A stretch of DNA of 63,993 bases, filler included, from NCBI GenBank assembly GCA_964501035.1. It is 6 parts of 6 records of this genome, joined end to end, with 100 filler letters (N's around TTAATTAATTAA, not from the genome) between each part and the next. Parts side by side here need not be neighbours in the genome. Positions count along the whole stretch, not along the records: positions 12,672 to 25,143 come from CAZCRK010000048.1; positions 25,244 to 37,302 come from CAZCRK010000049.1; 4 more parts are not named here. The stretch is one strand, 5' to 3'. Each line of letters opens with the position of its first letter. Position 1 is the first letter of the stretch. The position numbers were made by a program, and so were the translations under genes. The notes under the pieces were generated by a model, which did no database searches, had not been told where the DNA came from, and worked only from the letters and a program-made list of their open reading frames with translations. This document shows positions 19,581-30,176 of this stretch, piece by piece.

Positions 19581-20703
19581 GTATCCCTCTTTTCAAATCT
19601 TGAACGGCTAATTCTAAAACATCTTCAAATTTTTGTCGTTCATTATACGTGTCAATTTGTTGTTTATATGGTGCATATGAGTTAATTGTAGTTTCTTTTA
19701 ATCGATTTAAATTGTCAGCACAATCATGTTCATTCGCAATTGGAAGTAACACATCTATAGTTTCAACAATAGCATCTTTTAAATGCTGTTGATTTCCATC
19801 ATTATCCGTAATAACTTCAGCATCAATCCCAAAACGAGTTGCCCTCCATTTATTTTCCTTAATTACCCACGGATCCAATAACTCAAGTTGTGTTCCATTA
19901 TCATAATGACGAGAAAGTCCAATAACTAAACATTGGGTGAATGCTGATAAATCCGTTATTTCTTGAAGAGATGGAACACTATCAAACACCCTAACTTCAA
20001 CCGTACCATACCCAGGGTGTGGTCGGATATCCCACCATACTTCACGAATTGATTCAATTGTATTTGCACCTTGGAGTGCTTTCATGAATTTTTGAAACTC
20101 ACTATAATTTCGTAATTGTGGTGGTAGCCCTGCTGTTGGCATTCCTTCAAAGATTTTTGTGCGAGTGGATGCTAACCCGGTCAATTCACCTCCAAAATAG
20201 GGAGAGTTTGCGGATATGCCTATCATATGAGGAATATATCGCGTTAATCCGTTGGTAATTGCAATTGCTTTTTCACCAGATTCAACACCAATATGGACAT
20301 GAACACCGGTTATGAGCAGCCGCCTAAGAGGCCATTGCATTCTTTCTAAAAAATGTAAATATCTGTCGTTTTTTGTTACTGATTGCTCTTTCCAGCGAGA
20401 ATAGGGGTGAGTTGCTATTGAAGCGAGTTTGTATCCTAATTTTTCAGAAATATCAAGAACATCTTTTAGTCGCTTCTGTAAATCTAAATATACTTCTTTA
20501 ACATTGCTACAAATTCCTGTATTGACTTCAATAATTGAATCAAGGAGCTCATCTTTGACATGAATATCATCCTTGAAATGATCTAATATTTCAGAAGCGC
20601 CAGAAGTTAACTCTAATGTGTCATTATCCAGAATTTGCAATTCAACTTCAACACCAATTGTAGGGTTAGAAGAACCATTAAAGAAAATTCTTTCGCGACT
20701 CAA
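19573..20703 (-). CDS. ybdK: YbdK-family carboxylate-amine ligase (GCS2, gamma-glutamyl ligase)
   Basis: TIGVEVELQI, GVHVHIGV, SANSPY, WWDIRPHPGYGTVEVRVFD, ENKWRATRFG; TTG start. Confidence 0.88.
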   Translation of the reverse strand: MSRERIFFNGSSNPTIGVEVELQILDNDTLELTSGASEILDHFKDDIHVKDELLDSIIEVNTGICSNVKEVYLDLQKRLKDVLDISEKLGYKLASIATHPYSRWKEQSVTKNDRYLHFLERMQWPLRRLLITGVHVHIGVESGEKAIAITNGLTRYIPHMIGISANSPYFGGELTGLASTRTKIFEGMPTAGLPPQLRNYSEFQKFMKALQGANTIESIREVWWDIRPHPGYGTVEVRVFDSVPSLQEITDLSAFTQCLVIGLSRHYDNGTQLELLDPWVIKENKWRATRFGIDAEVITDNDGNQQHLKDAIVETIDVLLPIANEHDCADNLNRLKETTINSYAPYKQQIDTYNERQKFEDVLELAVQDLKRGIHD

Positions 20704-22929
20704 TTACTGACCTAGTATATCCGCTAAAGAATTAAAATAAGAGTGTTCCAGTGTATCACGTTTTATGTTCACTAAATCATTAATAACAAGTGAATTAGAT
20801 GAATTTACACGACCAATGGTTTGAGTATGTACATCCATTTTTTGAGCAAGGAGAATTAAATCATGTAAATTAGATTCTTCAATTGTAATAATTATCAAAC
20901 TTTGACATTCACCAAATAGAAGTTCATCATTTCTGAGTTTTCTATCAATATCTAATTTCGCACCAATATTTTCTTTTGCATTTACTATGGATTCAGAAAT
21001 ATTTACAGCTAAACCTCCATCAGAAATATCATGAGCTGATTTTACAATATCCAATTTAATTGCTTCAAGACATAGTTCTTGGACACGCATTTCTAATTCA
21101 ATATTTAAGGGTGGGATTGGTCCTTCAATTTTATGATGAATTGTTTTTAAATATTCAGATCCACCTAAGCATCCGTTTAATGCACCTAAGGTTACAATGA
21201 AATCGCCTTCATCTTTGAATTCAGAGGTAACCATTTTGGATGCATCCTTAATTTCTCCTACCATACCAATAACCGGTGTAGGGTACACTGCAGAATCAAC
21301 AGTCTCATTGTAAAAACTTACATTTCCACCAGTAACGGGGGTATTTAATGCTCGACACATCTCACCCATTCCCAAAACAGCCTCTTTAAATTGCCAATAT
21401 ACTTCAGGGTCATTCGGGTTACCAAAATTTAAACAATTGGTAATTGCTAATGGTTCTGCACCACTACAAACAACATTTCGTGCTGATTCAGCAACTGCAA
21501 TTTGACCACCTAATCGAGGATTTAGGTACACATACCTTCCGTTGCAGTCTGTACTCATTGCGAGCGCTAAATCTGTTCCTTTTACCCTAACAACGGCTGC
21601 ATCTCCTCCGGGTCCCTGCATGGTATTTGTACGCACAGTAGAATCATACTGACCGTACACATACTTCTTACTGGTAATATTGGGTGAACGTAAAAGTGTT
21701 AATAGTGTATTGTTAAAATTTTCAGGTTCTTGTAGTTCATTAAAATCACAACTATTTAACTCAGAAAAGTATTTAGGTTCTGTAGCTGGTAAATCATACT
21801 GGGGTGCACCACCACCCAGAACTAATTCTTCAGATGGTAATGATGCAACAATTTCACCATCAAACTGAACCTCTAACAATCCTGTATTTGTAACAATACC
21901 TACTTCAGTACAATTTAAATCCCATTTTTCAAAAATAGATTTTAACGCGTCTTCATGTCCTTTTTCAATAACAACGAGCATTCGTTCTTGAGATTCTGAA
22001 AGCATTATCTCATACGGATTCATATTTTTTTCACGAAGTGGTACTTTGTTTAAATCAATATTGATACCCGTTTTACCTTTAGCAGACATTTCAGAACATG
22101 AACAAGTGATTCCAGCAGCGCCCATATCTTGCATGCCTACCAACCAAGGTTGGCGACATAATTCTAATGATGCTTCCAACAATAATTTTTCAGTAAATGG
22201 ATCACCTACTTGTACATTAGATCGTTTTGATTCAGTTTCTTCTGTTAATTCAACAGAGGCGAATGTTGCGCCGTGAATTCCATCTCGACCTGTACTTGAA
22301 CCTACAATAAACACGGGGTTTCCAACACCTTCACATGTTGCACTTGCAACATATTTTGTATCAACAATTCCAAGGGTCATTGCATTCACGAGTGGATTTC
22401 CAGAATATGAATCTTCAACAACCACTTCTCCACCGACAGTGGGAACACCTAAGCAGTTTCCATAATCTCCAATACCTTCAACAACATGGTCTAATAGAAA
22501 CCTATTTCTTGCTTTGTCCAACGAACCAAAACGTAATGAATTCATCGATGCAATTGGTCGTGCACCCATTGTAAACACATCTCGCATAATCCCACCAACG
22601 CCAGTTGCTGCACCTTCATAGGGTTCCACAGCTGACGGGTGATTATGGGATTCAATTTTAAATGCAGTCGCAATACCATTCCCAAGATCAACTAAACCTG
22701 CATTTTCTTCTCCAGCTGAAACCAATAATCGACCACCATCGCGTGGTAATGTTTTTAACATTTTAATTGAACTTTTGTACGAACAATGTTCGCTCCACAT
22801 AACTGAGAATATACCTAACTCAACATAATTTGGTACCCTACCCAATATGTCGATAATATGATTATATTCAGATTCTGACAATCCATGTTCTTTTGCAACA
22901 TCCAAATTGACTTCTGGATTTAAATTCAC
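20704..22929 (-). CDS. purL: Phosphoribosylformylglycinamidine synthase subunit PurL (small form)
   Basis: [58 protein letters not shown]. Confidence 0.97.
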   Translation of the reverse strand: MNLNPEVNLDVAKEHGLSESEYNHIIDILGRVPNYVELGIFSVMWSEHCSYKSSIKMLKTLPRDGGRLLVSAGEENAGLVDLGNGIATAFKIESHNHPSAVEPYEGAATGVGGIMRDVFTMGARPIASMNSLRFGSLDKARNRFLLDHVVEGIGDYGNCLGVPTVGGEVVVEDSYSGNPLVNAMTLGIVDTKYVASATCEGVGNPVFIVGSSTGRDGIHGATFASVELTEETESKRSNVQVGDPFTEKLLLEASLELCRQPWLVGMQDMGAAGITCSCSEMSAKGKTGINIDLNKVPLREKNMNPYEIMLSESQERMLVVIEKGHEDALKSIFEKWDLNCTEVGIVTNTGLLEVQFDGEIVASLPSEELVLGGGAPQYDLPATEPKYFSELNSCDFNELQEPENFNNTLLTLLRSPNITSKKYVYGQYDSTVRTNTMQGPGGDAAVVRVKGTDLALAMSTDCNGRYVYLNPRLGGQIAVAESARNVVCSGAEPLAITNCLNFGNPNDPEVYWQFKEAVLGMGEMCRALNTPVTGGNVSFYNETVDSAVYPTPVIGMVGEIKDASKMVTSEFKDEGDFIVTLGALNGCLGGSEYLKTIHHKIEGPIPPLNIELEMRVQELCLEAIKLDIVKSAHDISDGGLAVNISESIVNAKENIGAKLDIDRKLRNDELLFGECQSLIIITIEESNLHDLILLAQKMDVHTQTIGRVNSSNSLVINDLVNIKRDTLEHSYFNSLADILGQ

Positions 22930-22983
22930 AAGTTCTCCTTAAAATTGAAATTATTAAACCGAAAAATTACAATCATTAGATTA

Positions 22984-23388
22984 TTAATTCTGTTTACTTT
23001 CAGAAAATTCTACAATAACTTTTCGTGTTCGTGCACCATCAAACTCAGAAAAATAAATTGCTTGCCACGTTCCTAAAACCAGCTGATTGTCCGCTACAAC
23101 AACAGATGTTGAATTTCCAAACAATGACGCTTTAATATGTGCTGCTGAATTACCTTCATAATGTTTGTAATCATTTTCAAATGGTATTAATTGATTAATA
23201 GTTTTTGTCATATCTCTTACAACATCAGGGTCTGAGTTTTCATTAATTGTGATGCCAGCTGTAGTATGTGGAACAAAAATTGTTATCACACCGTTTTCCC
23301 AATGTTGCTCTGATACCACATTTTGAATAATCGTTGTGATATCTTTGAACTCAACCCTTTGAGATGTATTAACTTTTAACTCAACCAT
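22984..23388 (-). CDS. yjbQ: YjbQ / UPF0047 family protein
   Basis: PHTTAGITINENSDPDV, EGNSAAHIKASL, LGTWQAIYFSEFDGAR. Confidence 0.92.
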   Translation of the reverse strand: MVELKVNTSQRVEFKDITTIIQNVVSEQHWENGVITIFVPHTTAGITINENSDPDVVRDMTKTINQLIPFENDYKHYEGNSAAHIKASLFGNSTSVVVADNQLVLGTWQAIYFSEFDGARTRKVIVEFSESKQN

Positions 23389-24761
23389 TATTTTTGTTTG
23401 AAATGTGCGGTGAAATGGCGCAAATGTTCAGCCTGATAGGTCATTTTTAGACCTGTTATTTTATCTCTTCTTTTATGCACATTAATTATCGTTTCAATCA
23501 CATAATCAATATGACTTTGAGTATATGTTCTACGAGGAATAGCAAGCCGTACCAATTCCATTGGTGCCAATATTTCTTTGCCAGTTTCAGCATTTGTTTT
23601 ACCAAACATAACCGTTCCTATTTCAACTGCACGTATTCCAGACTCTAAATATAACTCACAAATTAATGCTTGTCCAGGATACTCATGAGGTGGAATTTGA
23701 GGCAACATTGCTTTAGCATCAATATATACTGCATGTCCACCCGGAGGTTGCACAATTGGTACACCCGCTTCGCTAATTTTTTCACCTAAATATTGAGTTG
23801 ATTTTATTCGATACTCCAAATAATGTTCATCCATTGCTTCACGTAGGCCAATCGCAACGGCTTCTAAATCTCTACCAGCTAAACCACCATATGTTGGGAA
23901 TCCTTCTGACAGAATGAGAATATCCTTTTGTTTCTTTGCAAGTTCACTATCATTTGTGCATAAAAAACCACCTATATTTGCAATACCATCTTTTTTGGCA
24001 CTCATGGTGCAACCATCAGCATAAAAAAACATTTCAGACACGATTGAGTCAATCGATGTGTTAGCATATTCTGGTTCTCTTAACTTGATAAAATATGCAT
24101 TTTCTGCAAATCTGCATGCATCAATATAAAATGGAATATTATATTTACGTGCAACTTCTGATATTGCTCGAATGTTTGACATTGAAACAGGTTGTCCTCC
24201 ACCTGAATTATTGGTCACAGTCACCATGATTAATGGAATATTTTCAACCCCTACTCTTTCAATGGTTGCATTCAATTTTTCAATATCCATGTTGCCCTTA
24301 AATGGGTGCGTAGATTGCGGATCTAACCCCTCATTAATGACACAATCTTCTGCAATTGCTCCTTGGACTTCCACATTTGCTCGTGTTGTATCAAAATGTG
24401 TATTGCTAGGAACAACATCCCCTTTTTTACACATCACGGAAAATAAAATACGTTCAGCTGCTCTCCCTTGGTGGGTTGGAATGATATAGGTAAACCCCAT
24501 AATATCTTGAATAGTTTTTTCAAACCGTTGAAAACTTATACTACCTGCATACGATTCATCTCCTCGCATAACACCCGCCCATTGTTCACTACTCATAGCA
24601 CCGGTTCCTGAGTCTGTTAATAAATCAATAATAACATCGCGTGAATGAACTAAAAACAAATTATAATGTGCTGCTTCCAAATAAAATTCACGACTACTTC
24701 GTGTATTCATTTGAATTGGTTCAACCGATTTAATCCTAAACGGTTCAATTATGGTTTTCAT
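23388..24761 (-). CDS. tnaA: Tryptophanase (tryptophan indole-lyase)
   Basis: EPFRIKSVEP, DLLTDSGT, MSAKKD (PLP Lys), and the tryptophanase-type residues HFDTT, AVEIG and LRHFTA. Confidence 0.88.
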   Translation of the reverse strand: MKTIIEPFRIKSVEPIQMNTRSSREFYLEAAHYNLFLVHSRDVIIDLLTDSGTGAMSSEQWAGVMRGDESYAGSISFQRFEKTIQDIMGFTYIIPTHQGRAAERILFSVMCKKGDVVPSNTHFDTTRANVEVQGAIAEDCVINEGLDPQSTHPFKGNMDIEKLNATIERVGVENIPLIMVTVTNNSGGGQPVSMSNIRAISEVARKYNIPFYIDACRFAENAYFIKLREPEYANTSIDSIVSEMFFYADGCTMSAKKDGIANIGGFLCTNDSELAKKQKDILILSEGFPTYGGLAGRDLEAVAIGLREAMDEHYLEYRIKSTQYLGEKISEAGVPIVQPPGGHAVYIDAKAMLPQIPPHEYPGQALICELYLESGIRAVEIGTVMFGKTNAETGKEILAPMELVRLAIPRRTYTQSHIDYVIETIINVHKRRDKITGLKMTYQAEHLRHFTAHFKQK

Positions 24762-24865
24762 GAATTTTCCTTAAAAATAGAGAGCGTAATTTAGTGACTT
24801 CTCATTACGTCTTAAAACGGTAATTTCACCCATTTGGGATGTAAGATATGTTCAACTTTGAAGTG

Positions 24866-25143
24866 TTAAAATTTTATGGTTTCATTTTCCCATTTTACTA
24901 TTTCTATTTCCCAACCAGTTGGATCTTTTATATACCAAGCAAGTGAATGAGGCCATTTAATAACTCCACCATAAAGTAGTTTTAAATGAAATTTTTCTAT
25001 TTTACTTTCCCACTCTTTTTGGTTAGAAATTCGAAATCCAAAGTGTGCAAGATGGTGCTTCCCTATTTTACGCATTTCAAATCGATCTAAATGATGTAAT
25101 GTAGAATCTTCATAAATACAAAGCATAGCATCTTGAGAACGTA
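24866..25143 (-). CDS. VOC/glyoxalase family protein (5' truncated)
   Basis: HLAHFGFRI ... WYIKDPTGWEIEI VOC motifs; the frame is open to the linker. Confidence 0.75.
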
Positions 25144-25243
25144 NNNNNNNNNNNNNNNNNNNNNNNNNNNNNNNNNNNNNNNNNNNNTTAATTAATTAAN
25201 NNNNNNNNNNNNNNNNNNNNNNNNNNNNNNNNNNNNNNNNNNN
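25144..25243. other. Artificial contig linker
   Basis: N-run with TTAATTAATTAA. Confidence 0.98.
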
Positions 25244-25846
25244 GGAATTTATAATTTTGTAACAAAACGGGGTGCATGTAGAGGTGAGGATTCCAAAATT
25301 TCTTGGACACAAGTAGAAACAGGCTCAGCAGTTACGTGGAAATATCCAAGTTGTTTATTACAAGGCGAAAACTCCATTGGTGAGTTTTATTCAGTTGCTC
25401 TTACGAATAATTATCAACAAGCAGATACTGGAACAAAAATGATTCATTTAGGGAAAAATACCAAAAGCACCATTATTTCTAAAGGGATTTCAGCTGGCAA
25501 AGGTCAACAAACATATCGTGGTGAAGTAAAAATAATGAAAAATGCGGATAATGCTCGAAATTTCACCCAATGCGATTCAATTTTAATTGGTGACCAATGT
25601 GGTGCACATACATTCCCATATATTGATGTTCGAAATGCATCCGCTCAAATGGAGCATGAAGCAACCACATCCAATATTGGTGAAGACCAGTTGTTCTATT
25701 GCAATCAACGTGGGATTTCGACAGAAGATGCAGTTTCCATGATTGTAAACGGTTTTTGCAAAGATGTGTTTAAAGAATTACCAATGGAGTTTGCAGTAGA
25801 AGCCCAAAAATTAATGGAAGTAAGTTTAGAAGGATCAGTGGGATAG
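25244..25846 (+). CDS. sufB: Fe-S cluster assembly protein SufB (5' truncated)
   Basis: Frame is open from the contig start: [10 protein letters not shown]...[10 protein letters not shown]...GAHTFPYI...[10 protein letters not shown]. Confidence 0.96.
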   Translation, partial: GIYNFVTKRGACRGEDSKISWTQVETGSAVTWKYPSCLLQGENSIGEFYSVALTNNYQQADTGTKMIHLGKNTKSTIISKGISAGKGQQTYRGEVKIMKNADNARNFTQCDSILIGDQCGAHTFPYIDVRNASAQMEHEATTSNIGEDQLFYCNQRGISTEDAVSMIVNGFCKDVFKELPMEFAVEAQKLMEVSLEGSVG

Positions 25847-25863
25847 ATTGAATTAAGGAAATT

Positions 25864-26604
25864 ATGATAACAATAAAAGATTTACATGTCCAAGTTGAGG
25901 ACAAACATATTTTAAAAGGAATTAATCTCGATGTCAAACCCGGAGAACTTCATGTAATAATGGGGCGGAATGGCACAGGGAAGAGTACATTAGCAAATGT
26001 GTTAGCTGGTAGGGATAAATATACAATTTCAAAAGGGTCTGTTAGTTTTAACGGATTAGACTTGCTAGACTTATCACCCGAAGATAGAGCTAGAGAGGGT
26101 TTATTTTTATCCTTTCAATATCCAATCGATATTGCTGGGGTAAATAATATGTATTTTCTAAAAGCAGCTGTGAATGCATGTCGAAAACATCGTGGTGAAG
26201 AAGAAATGGATGCGATGGATTTTTTGAAAATGATACGGGAAAAATTAAAACTCGTAAAATTGGATGAAAGTTTTATTCATAGACCAGTAAACGAAGGGTT
26301 CTCAGGTGGTGAAAAAAAACGTAATGAAATTTTACAAATGATAACCCTTGAACCTCAACTTTCAATACTAGACGAAACCGATTCAGGTTTAGATATAGAT
26401 GCTCTTAAAACGGTTGCAGAAGGGGTGAACAATTATAGAAGCCCCGATCGCTCCTTTATTTTAATTACCCATTATCAACGCATGCTTGATTATATGGATT
26501 TAGACTATGTGCATGTCCTTATGGATGGTAAAATTGTCAAATCTGGTACACGTGAATTAGCGCAAAAACTAGAAGAGCAAGGCTATAACTGGTTAGAAAA
26601 ATGA
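25864..26604 (+). CDS. sufC: Fe-S assembly ATPase SufC
   Basis: MGRNGTGKSTL, NEGFSGGEKKRNE, DETDSGLDIDAL, ITHYQR. Confidence 0.96.
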   Translation: MITIKDLHVQVEDKHILKGINLDVKPGELHVIMGRNGTGKSTLANVLAGRDKYTISKGSVSFNGLDLLDLSPEDRAREGLFLSFQYPIDIAGVNNMYFLKAAVNACRKHRGEEEMDAMDFLKMIREKLKLVKLDESFIHRPVNEGFSGGEKKRNEILQMITLEPQLSILDETDSGLDIDALKTVAEGVNNYRSPDRSFILITHYQRMLDYMDLDYVHVLMDGKIVKSGTRELAQKLEEQGYNWLEK

Positions 26605-27866
26605 CCCTTTCACACACTAAATCTGAATTTGAAAAATTACTAAAGAGGGATTATTTTTCTCAAGAATTACATCCTATCCGCAAAGAAGCATTTGCAAAAT
26701 TTATGGCTAATGGGTTTCCAACTCAAACATGGGAGGATTGGAGATTCACAAATCTTACTTCAATTAAAAATGGTTCGTTTAGTATTTCAGAATTAAAAGA
26801 TGCACCCGATTCAGCTGTGAGTTTAGAACCATACACATTAGATGGTGTTGATACGGTGGTTTTTGTAAATGGGCATTATCAAGAGAATATTTCATCAACA
26901 CCCCAAGGAGTTACGGTATTAACAGGGTTTGAGTATATGCAAACATATAACCGTCCATTTGAAACTCCTGAAAATACTCCGTTTGATTTACTCAATTCTG
27001 CATTTATTGATAGTGGTCTGTGTTTTGTAGTAGAGAAAAATACCGTTGTTGAACGTCCATTACGTATTTTGTTTTTATCAGATGGTTCAGATTCAATTAT
27101 GATTCATCCTAGATTACATATTGATGTTTGCGAATCGAGTCAATTGATGTTAATAGAACAACATGCTGGTAACGCAACATCCTATTATCAAAATGAATCC
27201 GTGTTCATCCAATTGGATAAAAATGCAAAGCTACATCACATTCGTTCTCAATCTCAAAGTGACAGTACGCAAAGCATGACAAATCTTCACGTAAAGCAAC
27301 GTGCTGATAGTTTTTACAAATTTTGTCAGTTGATTGAAGGTTCTCAGCTTGAAAGAAATAATGTATTTATTGATTTAAATGAATCAAATGCAGAATGTAG
27401 TTACCATAGTTTGGCATTAACCAAACACAGTCAACATATTGATAATAATATTACTATAAACCATAATTATCCGAATACTCATAGTGCTCAGTTTGTAAAG
27501 ACTATTTTATTTGATTCTTCCTCGGGTGTTTTTAATGGAAAAACTATTGTGCAAAAAGATGCTCAAAAAATAACGGCACATCAATCTAATAAAAATTTAT
27601 TATTGTCAAAAAAAGCTAGAATGAATGCAAATCCTCAATTGGAAATATATGCGGATGACGTAAAATGTTCACATGGTTCTTCAACAGGTGAAATTGATGA
27701 AGATGCGTTATTTTACATTCAATCTCGAGGAATTGGAAGAGATGATGCTATCAAACTGGTTGTGAACGGGTTTGCAAAGGAAATTATTGACAATGTTAAG
27801 CATGAAAACATCCATGCATTTTTGCAATCTAAAATTGATAAATTATTGAAAGAAATGGTAAAGTAA
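26601..27866 (+). CDS. sufD: Fe-S assembly protein SufD
   Basis: EDWRFT, AQKITAHQSNKNLLLS, PQLEIYADDVKCSHG. Confidence 0.95.
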   Translation: MTLSHTKSEFEKLLKRDYFSQELHPIRKEAFAKFMANGFPTQTWEDWRFTNLTSIKNGSFSISELKDAPDSAVSLEPYTLDGVDTVVFVNGHYQENISSTPQGVTVLTGFEYMQTYNRPFETPENTPFDLLNSAFIDSGLCFVVEKNTVVERPLRILFLSDGSDSIMIHPRLHIDVCESSQLMLIEQHAGNATSYYQNESVFIQLDKNAKLHHIRSQSQSDSTQSMTNLHVKQRADSFYKFCQLIEGSQLERNNVFIDLNESNAECSYHSLALTKHSQHIDNNITINHNYPNTHSAQFVKTILFDSSSGVFNGKTIVQKDAQKITAHQSNKNLLLSKKARMNANPQLEIYADDVKCSHGSSTGEIDEDALFYIQSRGIGRDDAIKLVVNGFAKEIIDNVKHENIHAFLQSKIDKLLKEMVK

Positions 27867-28309
27867 TGGATTTTTTTAGAGATTTGTATCAACAGCTAAT
27901 TTTGGATCATAATCAAAATCCACGAAATTTTCGCGAAATTGAGCATGCATCTCATTCAGCAAATGGACATAATCCCCTCTGTGGAGATCAGTTAGAAGTA
28001 TTTTTAAGTATTGAAGATAATATGATTAAAGATATTGCGTTTCAAGGATCAGGATGTGCTATTTCTAAAGCGTCAGCATCTATAATGACATCAGAGTTAA
28101 AGAACAAAACTGTCCTTGAAGCGGAGCAAATTTTTGATAAATTTCATACAATGATTACAGAAGGGAATACTGATGATTCACTTGGGAAACTATCGGTTCT
28201 ATCAGGTGTTCATCAATATCCTTCACGTGTAAAATGTGCCATACTTGCTTGGCATACTGCAATGGGTGCAGTGAACAAAACTAATAATTCATCTATATCA
28301 ACGGAATAA
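27866..28309 (+). CDS. sufU: SufU (NifU-like) sulfur-transfer/scaffold protein
   Basis: LYQQLILDH, NPLCGD, GSGCAISKASAS, RVKCA. Confidence 0.94.
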   Translation: MDFFRDLYQQLILDHNQNPRNFREIEHASHSANGHNPLCGDQLEVFLSIEDNMIKDIAFQGSGCAISKASASIMTSELKNKTVLEAEQIFDKFHTMITEGNTDDSLGKLSVLSGVHQYPSRVKCAILAWHTAMGAVNKTNNSSISTE

Positions 28310-28311
28310 TT

Positions 28312-28860
28312 ATGACATCCGAAGAAATGATAACAATAACACGTGATTGTCCTGGAGTTTTGATTCCATCAGGAGACAATATAAAATTAGTGGTAGGAAC
28401 AAAAGTAAAAATTACCCAAGCATTGGGTGGCGATTATACGCTGTTCGTAAATGGAAATTTGGTAAAGATTTCTGGACGAGATGCAGATGCTATCGGATTA
28501 GAGCCCATTGAAGAGACTCAACATAATTCCGAAACAAAAGAAGGTGAACCTGTTGAAGAAGAAATTGTTTGGGCACAACTTCGGACTGTGTATGACCCCG
28601 AAATTCCAGTAAACATTGTTGATTTAGGTCTAATTTATGAACTCAATATTGAACAAATTTCTAAGGGAAGTTGGGTACATGTTAAAATGACATTAACAGC
28701 TCCCGGTTGTGGAATGGGTCCAATCATTGCACAAGATGCAGAAAACAAAGTAAGGTCAATCCCAGGAGTGGCAGATGTTTTGGTTGAAATTGTATGGGAT
28801 CCATTATGGAGTCGTGAAATGATGTCTGAAGAAGCTCGATTACAATTGGGATTATTGTAA
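28312..28860 (+). CDS. sufT: Fe-S assembly protein SufT (DUF59)
   Basis: ITQALGG N-domain; YDPEIPVNIVDLGLIY; MTLTAPGCGMG; MSEEARLQLG. Confidence 0.92.
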   Translation: MTSEEMITITRDCPGVLIPSGDNIKLVVGTKVKITQALGGDYTLFVNGNLVKISGRDADAIGLEPIEETQHNSETKEGEPVEEEIVWAQLRTVYDPEIPVNIVDLGLIYELNIEQISKGSWVHVKMTLTAPGCGMGPIIAQDAENKVRSIPGVADVLVEIVWDPLWSREMMSEEARLQLGLL

Positions 28861-30080
28861 TGGGCATAGATTCACACAAAATCCGCCAAGAATTCCCCAT
28901 TTATAAGAATTTAAGCAAACCCTTTGTTTTTCTAGATAATGCTTCCACCACCCAAACTCCCCAAATTGTTATTGATGCAATTACGGATTATTATAAAAAG
29001 TACAATGCGAATGTACATCGAGGAATATATAAAATTGGTGAAATTGCTACCGCAAAGTACGAAGGTGTTCGAGATACAGTAGCGCAATTTATAAACTCCA
29101 GTGATAAAAGGTCAATTGTGTTTACTCGTGGAACAACTGAAAGTATAAATTTAGTTGCACATGGGTGGGGTGAAACAAATTTAAAACCGGGTGATGAAAT
29201 TTTGATTACCGAAATGGAGCATCACAGCAACAATGTTCCATGGCAAATGATTGCAAAAAAAACAGGAGCTATATTAAAATATATTCCAATCACCCTTGAA
29301 GGGAATTTAGACTTTGAACATTTAGATTTTCTGTTAACATCTAAAACTAAGATAGTTGCAATGATTCATCAATCCAATGTATTTGGAACTATTAATCCTA
29401 TTAAATCCATCATTGACAAAGCTCATAATGTGGGTGCGCTAGTTTTAATTGATGGTGCTCAAAGTACTCCTCATATTTCAATTGATGTACAAGCACTAGA
29501 TTGTGATTTTTTTACATTTTCGAGCCATAAAATGTGTGGCCCTACAGGTGCTGGTGTTTTGTATGCAAAACCAGAAATATTAGAGTCCATGGAACCATTT
29601 ATGGGTGGTGGGGAAATGATAAGTACTGTCAGCATGAGTGATGCTACATGGAATACTATCCCTTGGAAATTTGAAGCAGGGACACCCAATATTGCCCAAG
29701 TTATTGGAATGGGTAAGGCTGTGGAATACCTTCAATCAATAGAAATGAGCAAAATTGTTGAACATGAACACCAGCTTTTGGAGTATGCAACGCAGAAAAT
29801 GTTAGAAATTTCTGGCTTAACTATTTATGGAAATTCACCCCCCAAAGGTGCTGTTATTAGTTTTAATATTGAAGGAATCCATCCCCATGATATGGCGCAT
29901 ATTTTAGGCCAATTTGGTGTGGCAATCCGTGCCGGACATCACTGTGCCCAACCCATAATGTCAAAATTACAAATTTCAGCAACAAACCGTGCTAGTTTTT
30001 ACATATACAACACTAAAGAAGATATTGATATTTTTATTGATTCCATTCGCCAAGCTCGAGCCTTATTTGGTTTAAAATAA
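28860..30080 (+). CDS. sufS: Cysteine desulfurase SufS
   Basis: LDNASTTQ, ANVHRG, MEHHSN, SSHKMCGPTG (PLP Lys), RAGHHCAQP. Confidence 0.95.
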   Translation: MGIDSHKIRQEFPIYKNLSKPFVFLDNASTTQTPQIVIDAITDYYKKYNANVHRGIYKIGEIATAKYEGVRDTVAQFINSSDKRSIVFTRGTTESINLVAHGWGETNLKPGDEILITEMEHHSNNVPWQMIAKKTGAILKYIPITLEGNLDFEHLDFLLTSKTKIVAMIHQSNVFGTINPIKSIIDKAHNVGALVLIDGAQSTPHISIDVQALDCDFFTFSSHKMCGPTGAGVLYAKPEILESMEPFMGGGEMISTVSMSDATWNTIPWKFEAGTPNIAQVIGMGKAVEYLQSIEMSKIVEHEHQLLEYATQKMLEISGLTIYGNSPPKGAVISFNIEGIHPHDMAHILGQFGVAIRAGHHCAQPIMSKLQISATNRASFYIYNTKEDIDIFIDSIRQARALFGLK

Positions 30081-30176
30081 TCTTTTAATTTTTTATAACT
30101 CCTCTTTTTAATTGATACAAATTGCGTTAATTTTCCTATTGGGAACACTCTTAGTTTCTAGTTAGAAAGGAATTGT

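Noticed and set aside
20704..22929. purL without purQ/purS as a novel arrangement
   Set aside because: Scattered pur genes are common and the assembly is fragmented, so absence from this contig is uninformative.
23388..24865. Tyrosine phenol-lyase, or a tnaC attenuator
   Set aside because: The diagnostic residues (FDTT, VEIG, RHF) are tryptophanase-type, and I found no convincing Trp-containing leader ORF in the short upstream gap.
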